A DNA stretch of 64,000 bases, from assembly GCA_963823335.1 (NCBI GenBank), contig CAWGLD010000001.1, positions 320,001 through 384,000 of the forward strand. Reading direction: 5' to 3'. The notes under the pieces are model-generated. The model was not told the origin of the DNA. It ran no database searches and saw only the letters and a program-made list of their open reading frames with translations. Made by a program: the position numbers and the translations under genes. Below, one piece after another: positions 37,164 to 47,397 of this stretch. Source of the DNA: an uncultured delta proteobacterium (GTDB lineage Bacteria > Desulfobacterota > Desulfobacteria > Desulfobacterales > B30-G6). The first letter of the stretch is position 1, and each line of letters starts with the position of its first letter.

Positions 37164-38045
37164 GTGAATAGAATGCTGAAAGACATCGCCTGGAACGGCA
37201 TGCAGGTATCGGTGCCCTCCACATGGGAGCTTGGCCGGATTGACATGCGGCATCTGTTTTTCGAGAAGCAGGCCAGTCCCGCCATGGAAATCAAGTGGGG
37301 ACCCGTGAAGGGTCGGTTTTCCCACCACGCACATTTAAAAAAACTCATCGCCCGGCAAAAACACCACCCGGGCAAGACCCTTGAAGAATGGCATCTGCCC
37401 GCCAGCTGGAAAAATGCCCTTGCAAATTTTATCGCCAAGGGATTTTCCTGGCAGTCGGGGACTGAAAATGGGCGGGGCGCCATTCTGTTCTGTCCTTCCT
37501 GCAAGAACGCCATTATGTTCCAGATATTCAATATTGCCGGCCACATGAGCGATGGGGCTATCCTCGAACTGTTGAAAAGCCTGCAAGACCACCGGAACGA
37601 TGACAAAACAGCATGGACGGTGTTCGACGTCCACGCCCTGTTGCCCAAGACCTTCAAACTGGACGATTTTCAATTCAAGCCCGGCAAGTACCAGCTTGCA
37701 TTTTCCGATAGCTATCAAACGGTCAAGCTCTTTCGCTGGGCGCCGGCGTCTGCATTTCTGTCACAAACCAACCTGACACAGTTTGTGGCAAACGCCCTGG
37801 AACTCACTCCTGAAAATCTGGTCACGACATCGATTTCTGGGCATTCTGCTGTAGAATGGCGATCAAGACCAAATCCCGGGCGGTTCAATTGGCTATACCG
37901 GTTCAAACGAAAACTGTCCTTCCACTGGCTGTGCGTTTGGCATGTGGTGGATAAAAATCGAATCCTGGGAATCCGCTTTGACAGTAAAAGATCTTTTGAC
38001 GTGGATATGATGACTGATATATGCGTAAATTATGTCGCAAAGTAA
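37164..38045 (+). CDS. Hypothetical protein (Trp-rich)
   Basis: 293-aa ORF co-oriented with neighbours. Confidence 0.65.
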   Translation: MNRMLKDIAWNGMQVSVPSTWELGRIDMRHLFFEKQASPAMEIKWGPVKGRFSHHAHLKKLIARQKHHPGKTLEEWHLPASWKNALANFIAKGFSWQSGTENGRGAILFCPSCKNAIMFQIFNIAGHMSDGAILELLKSLQDHRNDDKTAWTVFDVHALLPKTFKLDDFQFKPGKYQLAFSDSYQTVKLFRWAPASAFLSQTNLTQFVANALELTPENLVTTSISGHSAVEWRSRPNPGRFNWLYRFKRKLSFHWLCVWHVVDKNRILGIRFDSKRSFDVDMMTDICVNYVAK

Positions 38046-38136
38046 ATGAAAGCGTTGATTCTGACAGAAGGTCAAGCCATAAGCTTTAAGCAATTAGCAG
38101 CTTACTGCTTATAGCTTAAAAAAATACATCGAGAAC

Positions 38137-38523
38137 ATGAAACTTCTGAAAAGACATTTACCCGCCTCACAATTGACAAAGAGCAAGGCGCTGACCCTGA
38201 CGCCTGTCAAAAATATGGACAGCTCCGAAGTAACCCTGGATTCCGGAGTTGTCGTTATCCGCTATCCCGTCACCATGCGACCCTGGATGGCGAAATGGAT
38301 CCAGCGGTTCAAGGGATCCTCTTCTCAGACTGGATCAAGGAAGCTGCAGTTAGACACCCTGGGAACACAGGTCTGGAAAATGATCGATGGGAAGCGAACG
38401 GTTCGGGATATCGTGGACGCTTTTGCCGTAGCCCATCAACTGGAAAGACGGGAAGCGGAAATGGCCGTCTCACAGTTTCTAAGGGATCTGGGCAAACGAG
38501 GGTTGATTGGAATGCAGGAATAA
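38137..38523 (+). CDS. PqqD-family (RRE-like) protein
   Basis: LDTLGTQVWKMIDGKRTVRDIV...FLRDLGKRGLI. Confidence 0.8.
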   Translation: MKLLKRHLPASQLTKSKALTLTPVKNMDSSEVTLDSGVVVIRYPVTMRPWMAKWIQRFKGSSSQTGSRKLQLDTLGTQVWKMIDGKRTVRDIVDAFAVAHQLERREAEMAVSQFLRDLGKRGLIGMQE

Positions 38524-38626
38524 ATTCGGGAAACAACTTTATAGGTGAATAGGCTGAAGACTGTTAGGCTTTTAGCTGCTATCAGTCTTACAGTCTTCAG
38601 CCTAATAGCCTAAACTGCAGTTGCAG

Positions 38627-38965
38627 TTAGAAGGATTTCAGCGCCTCATCCATGCTCCCCACGATCGGCAGAAATGTATCGAAACCGGCGATTTCAAAGA
38701 CTTCCTTCACATAATCCTGCATGGAGCAAAGCATGATCTGGCCTTTCTCCCGGTGAAGCGCCTTGGTCGCCTTCAAGATGACGCGGAGTCCCGCGCTGGA
38801 AATATAATCGATATCTTTGAAATCGATCACCATGTTTTTCGATCCGTCTAAAATAGCACCAAAAACCCTTTCTTCGAAGCCCTGAGACGTGCTTGAATCG
38901 AGCCGACCGTTAAGCCTGAAAACACTGATGGTATCCTGTTTTTCTTCAATTATTTCCATGGACAT
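38627..38965 (-). CDS. STAS anti-sigma-factor antagonist
   Basis: GRLD, IDYISSAGLR, VFEIAGF. Confidence 0.92.
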   Translation of the reverse strand: MSMEIIEEKQDTISVFRLNGRLDSSTSQGFEERVFGAILDGSKNMVIDFKDIDYISSAGLRVILKATKALHREKGQIMLCSMQDYVKEVFEIAGFDTFLPIVGSMDEALKSF

Positions 38966-39057
38966 ACCTCCAAAACCGCATTAATACTTCTATCTTTGGC
39001 AGACGACTCACCCTGAACCCTGATCTGTCATTTATGGATGAACCCGGGCTGCCTGTC

Positions 39058-39486
39058 TCAATCCTCTCTTCTCAATTTTCGTCTGAGGATCAGAATGTTT
39101 TTATCCGCAACCCTTTGATACTGTACCTCGTCCATCATTTTGTTAATCAGGTGAATTCCCAGTCCGCCGATCTTGCATTTCTCGATATCACACTGGAAAT
39201 CAGGTGTCTTGGACTCCGACGGATTAAAAGGAACACCATCGTCTTCTATCCTCATCTGCAATTGATCCCCCTCGATTGTGATACTGATTTTGATGATATG
39301 TTCCTGGCTATCGTTGAAGCCATAAGAAATAATATTGGTGAACAGTTCATCAAGGGCAAGGTTCATCTCAAAGATGGACTTATCCGAAACGCCGATGGAT
39401 CGGCCTATCTCTTCACAATTCAGGCATAAGCGCTCCAACTCGGACAGATCGTTTTTCAACTCAAAGGAATAAAATTTCTTGACCAT
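39058..39486 (-). CDS. RsbW-like anti-sigma factor / Ser kinase (HATPase_c)
   Basis: LDELFTNIISY, DDGVPFNP, GGLGIHL. Confidence 0.9.
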   Translation of the reverse strand: MVKKFYSFELKNDLSELERLCLNCEEIGRSIGVSDKSIFEMNLALDELFTNIISYGFNDSQEHIIKISITIEGDQLQMRIEDDGVPFNPSESKTPDFQCDIEKCKIGGLGIHLINKMMDEVQYQRVADKNILILRRKLRRED

Positions 39487-39575
39487 CTCCCTTCACCTTC
39501 CCAACGTATCATCTTTGAAACAAAAATAACATATCAACCGGCAGACATCAACAGCCATGAAAGTCCAGATTATTA

Positions 39576-40100
39576 TTACAGCAAACTGACGCCTAAATGC
39601 TGTAAACATTCATCCCGATGATCCAAGCGACTCGACAAAAATCCTTTTTCCCACCCATCGACACCACCCACCAGTGCTTTGAAGAAACTGGGCATGAGAT
39701 CATGAAACTGGGACAAGGTCCGTGAAAACTTTTCCCTGGAAAGAATAAGACAGCTCGTTTCCGAAACCGCCTTCAGTGAAAACAGACGCTGCATGGAACC
39801 CATCAGAGACAGCCCGCCCAGAAATTCGCCTTCACCAACCTGACGAATCTCCCTGATGATGCCCCCCTCTTCCCTTTCCAGCACGGCATGGCCACGGATG
39901 ATATAAAAGGCCTGACCATCATCTTCTCCCTGGCGAAGCAGGTACTCTCCATTCTTGAAATTATCCCTGCTGCAAAGATAGGCAAACACTTTCAAAGTCT
40001 CCAGGGGGATACCCGAGAAGAGATAGGTCTGTCTCAATAGTTCGAGGTTCTGGTTCAGTTCGCAAACTGCGGTAGGTTTATTTGTTTCCAACGAGCTCAT
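39576..40100 (-). CDS. Cyclic-nucleotide-binding domain protein
   Basis: RQGE...FYIIRG...GEFLG...R.FS..A; start 40100 with GGAG RBS. Confidence 0.85.
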   Translation of the reverse strand: MSSLETNKPTAVCELNQNLELLRQTYLFSGIPLETLKVFAYLCSRDNFKNGEYLLRQGEDDGQAFYIIRGHAVLEREEGGIIREIRQVGEGEFLGGLSLMGSMQRLFSLKAVSETSCLILSREKFSRTLSQFHDLMPSFFKALVGGVDGWEKGFLSSRLDHRDECLQHLGVSLL

Positions 40101-42591
40101 ATAGTGCTCCTTTCCGGTCCATGAGGTTGTTGTATGTGTCCATTTCAAGAATTTTTCCCGCCTTCAACACCGCCACTTTATCAAAGTTTTGAATCGTATC
40201 CAGACGATGCACCACGGAAATCAAGGTGCTCTTTTTCTTCCAGCGCCTCTCCAGAAGGTTGAGGATTCGTGTCTGAGACCGGTTGTCAAGGGCCGACGTT
40301 GCCTCGTCCATGATCAGGATCCTGGGACTTTTGAGAAATGCCCTTGCAATGGCCAGTTTCTGTCTCTGACCACCCGAAAGGTTGTCACCCTTGCTACCCA
40401 CATCATAATGCATTCCGATTTCGATTATGCGCTCCAGAAGATCCTCTTCGACTAAAAGCTGGATGATGCTCTGGTCGATGCGTTCCTGGGCAGCTGTATG
40501 GGTCGTGGTGGTTTTACCGAAAAAAATATTGCTCAGAATCGTTTGAGAAAAAATATATTCGGACATCTGGTAAAAGGAATAAACACCGGGATTATCCTCC
40601 GTAATCTTTTTGCGAAACAGTGATCGTCCTTCCAGAATGAGACTTTCCAGCATTTGGGGCATGGACACCATTTTGTGGGCACCCGGTGTAAACCGCAGCA
40701 CCACATCCAGGAGTTTTTGACGATCCATATGGGAAATATCGTGCAGGCGCTTCTTTTTCAAGACGCCCACCAGAGTAATGAGATCATCCAGCTCTGACGG
40801 TTCGATGGGACTTTGATTGAAGAAAATGGCATCCTTGGGCAGATTTCTCAAGATATCCACCGACTGTTTCACCAGTTCGATCCCCAGACTCAGTAACGGC
40901 CGGGTTAAATCCGCCTCATCCAGAAATTGAAGAAAATAGGGATTGCGACAGAGATTCGAGTCGGAAAACGAGGCTTGATTGGGTGTGCCGAAAGTCAGAT
41001 TTTCGGCGATGCTGGAATAATTGAGATATCGCTCCTGGTTGAAAAATTCCACATAATCGGCTAGCTCTTCACCAAATACCTCCTGGAAGTTCTTTCTCAC
41101 ACGAATGAGGGTGCCCACGAGATCCTTATTGCGGTCCTGTACCAGAATCGTATTTAAACCAAACCGCAAGACATCGACAAAAATGCCGGTCTGGTGAAGC
41201 ATTGCAATAATATCGTCCAGCGTCGGCAAGCTGCCGCCGATACCTTGCTCACTTTTTCCCAGCCTGGCCTCACATGAATAGAGAATGTTCTCCTCGATGG
41301 TCCCGCTGAAAATAAAAGGATCTTGCGCAACCAGACCGACGTTATTCACGATATCCCGCTTGGAGAGATCATCGATGTCCTGATCCCCGATCTGGATCTT
41401 CCCGCCGGTATGCTTGTAAAGCTGACCGATACATGCCGCAAGGGTACTTTTCCCGCTGCCCGAAAACCCCACCAGGGCCATGTGTTCACCGGGAGCCAGG
41501 GAAAGATCGATGTTGTCAATCAGCCGGATACCGCTTTCTGTTTCAAAAGACAGATTCCGGGCTTCGATGCTTCCATCCAGATCCAGCGGTTCCCGGTCTT
41601 CGGGTTCGAGAGTAAAATCAGGTTCCCCATCAAAATAGTCCATGGTCCGTCGATACGTCACAGCCCCATCCTGATATACCTGAAAAAACTCTATCAGCTC
41701 TTTCCACGGGTCAAAAAGCTTCTCCTGCGCGGAAACAAACACCACCAGCGAGCCCAGCTCCAATTGTCCCCTGATGGCCAGCCAGCCACCCAGAATAAAG
41801 ACCAGAAAGGGTCCCAGGCTGGTGAAAAAACCGTTCAGAGATTTGATGCCGAAGCGGTACAGACTCCAGACAATCCTGAGTTTCATCAGCTTATCCACCA
41901 GTTTTTCATATTTTCTGTTTTCAATGATATGGGCGCCATTGCCCTGAATTTCATGGATGCCGGACACCGACTCGGTGATGCGGGACGAAAAAATTCTGGA
42001 GGCGTCCACACGCTTCTTGTTGGCCTGATTCACGCGTCGTTGCATGATAGGTAGCAATAGAACGACAACGGGATAGATGCTGAGCGATACCAGCGCCAAA
42101 ACCCAGTTCAGCCAGAAAAGATAGCCGGCAAAGGCCAGCAGGGTCAGCAGATTGGTCACGGGCGCCGCGATGGCCAGACCTACGAAGTTTCCTGGTAGTG
42201 TCAACTCGGCAGAAAGGGAATTTACCACCAGGCCGGCCTGTGTCTTTCGGAAAAATCCCAATGGCAGGGTCAGGATATGAGCATAGAGTGCCTTTCGCAT
42301 GCGAGCAGTGGTACGCTCGGAAATCAAGGTCTGAATCAGACTGGTCAAAAACTTGAGACCGCTGGAACAGACAACAGCAAGTAAATAGATACCACAATAG
42401 CTCAGCAGCAGATCTATTTTCCTGAGGTTGATGGCTTCGTTGACGATGCGTTTCTGCATCTCGAGGGGCAACACGCGGGCAAATACCATCACGACAATAA
42501 TCAGCAGCAGCAGCAACTGCAACCTTAAATTGCCGGGAAATATCCATGAAAGCAGTGATCTCTTGACGACAGGAATGTCAGCCTTGGGCAT
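40078..42591 (-). CDS. ABC exporter (TMD+NBD) with a large insertion inside the NBD
   Basis: GFSGSGKS, VAQDP, then a long extra segment before LSGGQRQ, IMDEATSALD, VHRL. Confidence 0.88.
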   Translation of the reverse strand: MPKADIPVVKRSLLSWIFPGNLRLQLLLLLIIVVMVFARVLPLEMQKRIVNEAINLRKIDLLLSYCGIYLLAVVCSSGLKFLTSLIQTLISERTTARMRKALYAHILTLPLGFFRKTQAGLVVNSLSAELTLPGNFVGLAIAAPVTNLLTLLAFAGYLFWLNWVLALVSLSIYPVVVLLLPIMQRRVNQANKKRVDASRIFSSRITESVSGIHEIQGNGAHIIENRKYEKLVDKLMKLRIVWSLYRFGIKSLNGFFTSLGPFLVFILGGWLAIRGQLELGSLVVFVSAQEKLFDPWKELIEFFQVYQDGAVTYRRTMDYFDGEPDFTLEPEDREPLDLDGSIEARNLSFETESGIRLIDNIDLSLAPGEHMALVGFSGSGKSTLAACIGQLYKHTGGKIQIGDQDIDDLSKRDIVNNVGLVAQDPFIFSGTIEENILYSCEARLGKSEQGIGGSLPTLDDIIAMLHQTGIFVDVLRFGLNTILVQDRNKDLVGTLIRVRKNFQEVFGEELADYVEFFNQERYLNYSSIAENLTFGTPNQASFSDSNLCRNPYFLQFLDEADLTRPLLSLGIELVKQSVDILRNLPKDAIFFNQSPIEPSELDDLITLVGVLKKKRLHDISHMDRQKLLDVVLRFTPGAHKMVSMPQMLESLILEGRSLFRKKITEDNPGVYSFYQMSEYIFSQTILSNIFFGKTTTTHTAAQERIDQSIIQLLVEEDLLERIIEIGMHYDVGSKGDNLSGGQRQKLAIARAFLKSPRILIMDEATSALDNRSQTRILNLLERRWKKKSTLISVVHRLDTIQNFDKVAVLKAGKILEMDTYNNLMDRKGALYELVGNK

Positions 42592-42609
42592 AACACGCTC
42601 CTTGGTGTG

Positions 42610-42755
42610 TAGAAGCTATCTCAAAAATGTCTTTTAGTCCAAATCCTGCGTTGGGACCTCGTTTCAAGTCTTCAACATACTTGCGTATGCCTGCGGGTTG
42701 AAACTTGGATCCGCCTTGACTTTGAACCAAAATCCTATTTTGGATATGGCTTCTA
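42610..42755 (+). mobile_element. MITE-like element, family B
   Basis: Terminal IR TAGAAGCTATCTCAAAAAT / ATTTTGGATATGGCTTCTA; homologous to 54338-54509 and 58895-59070. Confidence 0.75.
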
Positions 42756-42928
42756 ATCTTATGTCTATTTTGTGCGTGATGTGAAATGGGTCAATAAATA
42801 AGGATTCGAGGGATCGATAGACACAACGATGCTCTAAGCTGTAAGCGCTAAGCTGCTTATAGCTTAAGGCTTACAGCTCAGTTTCCTGAAATCCTCAAAG
42901 ACCACGGTCTTTCCTTGATTGACGATAG

Positions 42929-43004
42929 TGAACCGCAACAGCGAGCGCATTCCTCGTAGGTTCTGCCGTTCGGCAGTGCTTCGCAAGCTGCAAGGTTCTT
43001 CAAT
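42929..43004 (-). repeat. Dispersed element family C (inverted copy)
   Basis: Reverse complement ATTGAAGAACCTTGCAGC...GAATGCGCTCGCTGTTGCGGTTCA. Confidence 0.8.
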
Positions 43005-43012
43005 TAACGTAC

Positions 43013-44473
43013 TCATAGCAGCTTGATCACCACCAGCGTAACATCATCTTCCTGGGGAGCGTCTCCCTTGAATGTTTGCAGCTCATGGATGATAGCGTTC
43101 TGGATGGTCTCTGCGGAGGCAGTGCTGTGTTTTCGGACGATCTCATGGGATCCCGCCTGCCCGAACATGGTGTCTTCCCGATTCCGGCTTTCATGAATGC
43201 CGTCTGTTCCAACAATCAGAACACTGCCGGGGACCCAACCTTGCCGTTCGTACATCTGGAACTGGTAGTCCTCCACAATACCCAGCGCCATGCCTTTCCC
43301 GGACAGTTCTTCGAACTTGCCATTGCTGGGGTCAAACAGGATGGCAGGCTCATGTCCGGCGCGAACCCAGCGTAAGGTCTGTGATTGCGCATCGATTTCC
43401 AGAAAAAACATGCTTATAAAGCGGCTTGTAACACCACTGTCACGTGTTACGTATTTATTGACTCCTTGCATCAGGTGTGCGGGGTCCTGATATTCTCTCA
43501 CGCTGAGATGCAGAAAGGAACGGGCGCCGGTCATGTGCATGGCAGCGCCAATACCGTGCCCTGAGGCATCCGCCACCACGATGCCGAGTTTCTGATCAGG
43601 CAAATCCAGAAAATCGTAATAATCACCTCCGATTTCATCACAGTAAAGACTGGTCCCTGAAATATCCAGGCGTGGATGATTGGGCGGTCTTTTCGGCAAT
43701 AAATTCTGTTGAATCTCCTCTGCCATCTTGAGATCATTGATGAGCCGCATCCGGTGCCGCAACCCTTCGATCATGTTGTTCGTGTGACCTGCAATAATAC
43801 CAAATTCATCATTGGTGGCAATAGGAACCTTGCGCGTAAGATCGCCCTGACTGACCCGCTCCAGGACCCTGGTTTCATTTGAAAACAAAAGCTTCAGATT
43901 TTTCGAATAGGAAACAATCAGGTTAATGACCAGGGCAAGCATGACCACCATGATAAAAAAGACTTCATAAGCAACAGACATTTGTGCTGTCACAAGGGCG
44001 TTGGTTGACGAGTCCAGACCGGCCAGCCATACGATGTCACGGGTAAATACCAAAACGAGAATAATCGAAAAAAACAGCACCGACGTCAGGGCTGCCAGAA
44101 AAAATTTGCGTGTCATGGAATAAAGATGTTTTGGCGGCTCCTGGTTCCTGTTCAATTCGAGGGTGTTGAAAATAATTTCCCGTTCTCTTTCCAGCGCGGT
44201 GTCCAGAGCCAGAAAAAAGCCGGCCATCAGGCACCCGATCAACAGGGAAAGTGTGCTTGTAATGGGAAAGCCCAACATCAGTACGTTGTAAATACTGGCC
44301 AGAATCCCTGCCATCAGACTTAACAAAATATCCAGGGTAAACTGGCGCTTGGGTTGCAACGTATCTGCTCTGGACAGAACAAACCGCCTCACCAGCGGTC
44401 CTCTTGAAATCAAAGCTGCTGCATATGCAACAAAAAGTATTACCCCCAGCTCCACGGGGGGCATAGCTGCCAT
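43013..44473 (-). CDS. Membrane-bound HAMP-SpoIIE (PP2C) phosphatase
   Basis: TM helices, HAMP (NDEFG), IGGDYYD, DASGHG, TDGI, DDVT. Confidence 0.9.
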   Translation of the reverse strand: MAAMPPVELGVILFVAYAAALISRGPLVRRFVLSRADTLQPKRQFTLDILLSLMAGILASIYNVLMLGFPITSTLSLLIGCLMAGFFLALDTALEREREIIFNTLELNRNQEPPKHLYSMTRKFFLAALTSVLFFSIILVLVFTRDIVWLAGLDSSTNALVTAQMSVAYEVFFIMVVMLALVINLIVSYSKNLKLLFSNETRVLERVSQGDLTRKVPIATNDEFGIIAGHTNNMIEGLRHRMRLINDLKMAEEIQQNLLPKRPPNHPRLDISGTSLYCDEIGGDYYDFLDLPDQKLGIVVADASGHGIGAAMHMTGARSFLHLSVREYQDPAHLMQGVNKYVTRDSGVTSRFISMFFLEIDAQSQTLRWVRAGHEPAILFDPSNGKFEELSGKGMALGIVEDYQFQMYERQGWVPGSVLIVGTDGIHESRNREDTMFGQAGSHEIVRKHSTASAETIQNAIIHELQTFKGDAPQEDDVTLVVIKLL

Positions 44474-44673
44474 GAACGGTCAGACCTGACCACCATATAT
44501 GGTCAGGGTAATGATGGCAAAAATATAATGGGCAATAATGCGCATGAGACAGTCCCCCAATAAGTTCGTTGGAAGAATTTATGAAACGCGGCAATGCCGC
44601 TCTGAAGAGAAAAGGGTTACCCGGATCACGGAGGTACCCAGCTGTTCTTTAGCGAAATAAGAGATCTACTTCT

Positions 44674-44719
44674 AATTTAAATCTGATCCGCTGTGAAAAC
44701 AGCGCATCAGATTTAAATT
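44674..44719. terminator. Strong hairpin downstream of the permease gene
   Basis: AATTTAAATCTGAT.CGCTGT-GAAA-ACAGCG.ATCAGATTTAAATT. Confidence 0.55.
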
Positions 44720-44750
44720 TAAGGTAACGATGCGCTGCTATCGTGTCAAG

Positions 44751-47357
44751 TTATGGCAATTTGGACGGCTTGTTCTTTGTATTCTCTGGAGGGCTCAGCT
44801 CCTGTAACAGTTCATCCGGCAGCTTTGCTCCGTTGTCTGCAGCCGCCTGTGCCGCCTGCCGGACCTTGGCCTCCGCTTTGGCTGCCTTTCTGGCGGCCAA
44901 GGCGGCTGCATCCTCGGCCTCGAATACGGCACCACGCACCGTTTGAATCTTGGAAGATGTTTCTTTAAGTTTTTCCACCTCTGAAAGCCGGGCCAGTTCC
45001 TCATCCAGAGCCAGTGAGGCCATCTCAGCCTCCTTCTCCGCTTTTTGCGCTCTTTTTTCTGCCTCCGCCAACTGATCCAAGACCGAGGCTATTTCAGCGG
45101 CTTTGCCTTCTTCCGGTTCAGCCTCGAGATCGATGTCCTCAGCTGCAAGAACCATGGCCACGGAAGGAAGCTGGTTGATAATATTCTCCACAGGTTCACC
45201 AAACGGGCCCAGGGAACGATCTCCCTTGATTTGAAACGGCATCAGGACCAGCGATGCATCGCTGGACTGTTGCACGACCACCGCCGCGTCGATGGTTTCA
45301 AGTTCCACCGGTTCCGCACAAATACGGACATCGTCAAGAAACGTCTTCAGGCTCCCCACCGCTTGTTCCTTGTCCGCCTTGATTGCCGAACTCAACACCC
45401 GGATCCTGGCATCGTCCCAGTTTTTGGAGCGGGTGATCAGATGGGCCAGCAGTAACATCAGGCGACCGGTTGCATCATCCCACCACCATACATCGATCCG
45501 ACGTTCCGTTTCCGGGACCGACAACATCTCCTGCCATCGCTCCCCTTTGGCATCCAGCACAATGATATTGCGCCCCTGTTTAAAAATCCGCTTTAATCGT
45601 CTGTCGTAAAGGGTTTTCCTGATATGCGGCTTGCGGCTGGTTTCATTTGTCAGCCACCCGAACAGGATGGTATTGGTGTGCAGGGGCCCGATGCCTGCGG
45701 CCTGGACCAGCATGTCAACCCCGCGCTCGAAGTTCGATGCCGACACCACCAGCGGAAACGCACCCAGTTCATAAGCAGCGATTTCTTTTTTCAGATCTTT
45801 TTCAGTCTCTTTCTGCAGCTTGATTGCTCTTGCTCCACGTGCCTCAATGAGCTGGACAACCGTAATCAGGCCTGTGTTTCCCGTAATCCAGGAAGCCAGT
45901 GTCAGGAGAGGTGCTCTTCTTTCGGGGCTGTCGGAAAACAGAAGCAGCTGGGGTCTCCAATCTCTGGGGTGCTCAGGCTCTGCGGCCGCCGCCAGCAGGT
46001 GATCCCTCACCAGTTGAAGATGATAAGACCGTTTTCCATCCGCCCATCGCGCCGGGCCGGACGTGCGCTGCAGGTACTGGTAAATGGAAAAAAGAACCGT
46101 CGCAGAAATCAATCCCGCCGTGATATCGATGGCCAACATCACGCCCAGGCACGACAAGCCACCCAAAAGACTCAGGCGGCCGTCGTACCATTTGAACCGA
46201 GGTCGAAAAGAAGGGCTGGCCGCACGGCTTTCAAAATAGGTTGCGTAGTTAAGAAGCCCATAAGAGATCAGAAAAAACATGGAAACAATCGGTGCAATGA
46301 CATTCAGGTTGCCAAGTCCAATGGTCATGATGGCAATACCACCGGCCAGCAGCACGCCTCTTCTGGGATTGTTGCTAACACCTTCTCCTTTAGCAAAGGG
46401 CAGCAGGAAGGGAAAGATTCGATCCGAAGCCAGTGACTGTAATATTCTGGGCGCTCCCAAAAAGGATGCCATGGCAGAAGAAAGGGTTGCCGCAATCACA
46501 CCGGCCGTAATCAGGAAACCGAATGTCGCCACACGGTTCATGGCCGTGTAGTCACCCGTCAGCAACGACTGTGGCAGGGCAGCTGAAAAGATGACCGCCG
46601 ACACAAAATAGATTATGATGGAAACAAATACCGCCAGGAAGGTTCCCAATGGAAGACTCTTTCCAGCATCTTTCAGATCGCCTGACATGCTGATCCCCTG
46701 GGTAAACCCGGTCACAGCTGGGAAAAAAATGGCAAAAAGCAGCCAGAAATCCGGTCCGTCCAAAGGTTGGTGCCAATTGCGCACCAAATTCGCGGTTTCC
46801 CATTTTACAATACCTCCCCAAAAAAAGGATACGAGCGCCACCATCAGAATTCCCATGACCGCATACTGAAAGCGTGTTGCCCAGTCGGCACCCAGCCAGG
46901 CAAAGACAAACAGGAACAGCACCGCACAGGCCGCCACCACCTGCGGCCAATGGGCTCCAAAGATCGACAAAGGAATTACATGGGCCAAGACCTCCCCGAA
47001 GCCGATACAGTAAAAACCGATGGAAACAGACTGAGCCAGAAAAAGAACGATACCCAGGGCACCACCAAATTCCGGTCCAAGGGTCCTCGAAATCAGGTAA
47101 TAGTCTCCGCCGCCCTTGACCTTGATGTTGGTGGCAATAGCCGAAAGAGATATACTGGTCAAAACAGATATCCCGTTGGCCAGAACCAGGATCAACAGCG
47201 CCCGCCCCAATCCGGCGTTACCCACCACATAACCGAGTCGCAGGAAAAGAATGATGCCCAGAATCGTGAGAATGCTGGGCGTGAAAACACCGGAAAAAGT
47301 GCCCAGGGTTCCCGGCCGCTTCAACGAGGTGCCTGTTTGAGAATCATTTTTCATCAT
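44751..47357 (-). CDS. APC-superfamily permease, cation-chloride cotransporter (SLC12)-like
   Basis: LGTFSGVF.P, ILGIILFLR, GGGDYYLISRTLG.EFGG, FFPAVTG, SGDLKD, WRPQ, IDVWW. Start moved to 47357 to avoid overlap. Confidence 0.87.
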   Translation of the reverse strand: MMKNDSQTGTSLKRPGTLGTFSGVFTPSILTILGIILFLRLGYVVGNAGLGRALLILVLANGISVLTSISLSAIATNIKVKGGGDYYLISRTLGPEFGGALGIVLFLAQSVSIGFYCIGFGEVLAHVIPLSIFGAHWPQVVAACAVLFLFVFAWLGADWATRFQYAVMGILMVALVSFFWGGIVKWETANLVRNWHQPLDGPDFWLLFAIFFPAVTGFTQGISMSGDLKDAGKSLPLGTFLAVFVSIIIYFVSAVIFSAALPQSLLTGDYTAMNRVATFGFLITAGVIAATLSSAMASFLGAPRILQSLASDRIFPFLLPFAKGEGVSNNPRRGVLLAGGIAIMTIGLGNLNVIAPIVSMFFLISYGLLNYATYFESRAASPSFRPRFKWYDGRLSLLGGLSCLGVMLAIDITAGLISATVLFSIYQYLQRTSGPARWADGKRSYHLQLVRDHLLAAAAEPEHPRDWRPQLLLFSDSPERRAPLLTLASWITGNTGLITVVQLIEARGARAIKLQKETEKDLKKEIAAYELGAFPLVVSASNFERGVDMLVQAAGIGPLHTNTILFGWLTNETSRKPHIRKTLYDRRLKRIFKQGRNIIVLDAKGERWQEMLSVPETERRIDVWWWDDATGRLMLLLAHLITRSKNWDDARIRVLSSAIKADKEQAVGSLKTFLDDVRICAEPVELETIDAAVVVQQSSDASLVLMPFQIKGDRSLGPFGEPVENIINQLPSVAMVLAAEDIDLEAEPEEGKAAEIASVLDQLAEAEKRAQKAEKEAEMASLALDEELARLSEVEKLKETSSKIQTVRGAVFEAEDAAALAARKAAKAEAKVRQAAQAAADNGAKLPDELLQELSPPENTKNKPSKLP

Positions 47358-47397
47358 CTGTTTGAAATAGTTCATTTCTCGTGCTAAATCAAGAAAT

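Noticed and set aside
44560-44660. Riboswitch or ncRNA upstream of the PP2C gene
   Set aside because: Small hairpins are present but I could not match any known consensus by eye; an Rfam scan is needed.
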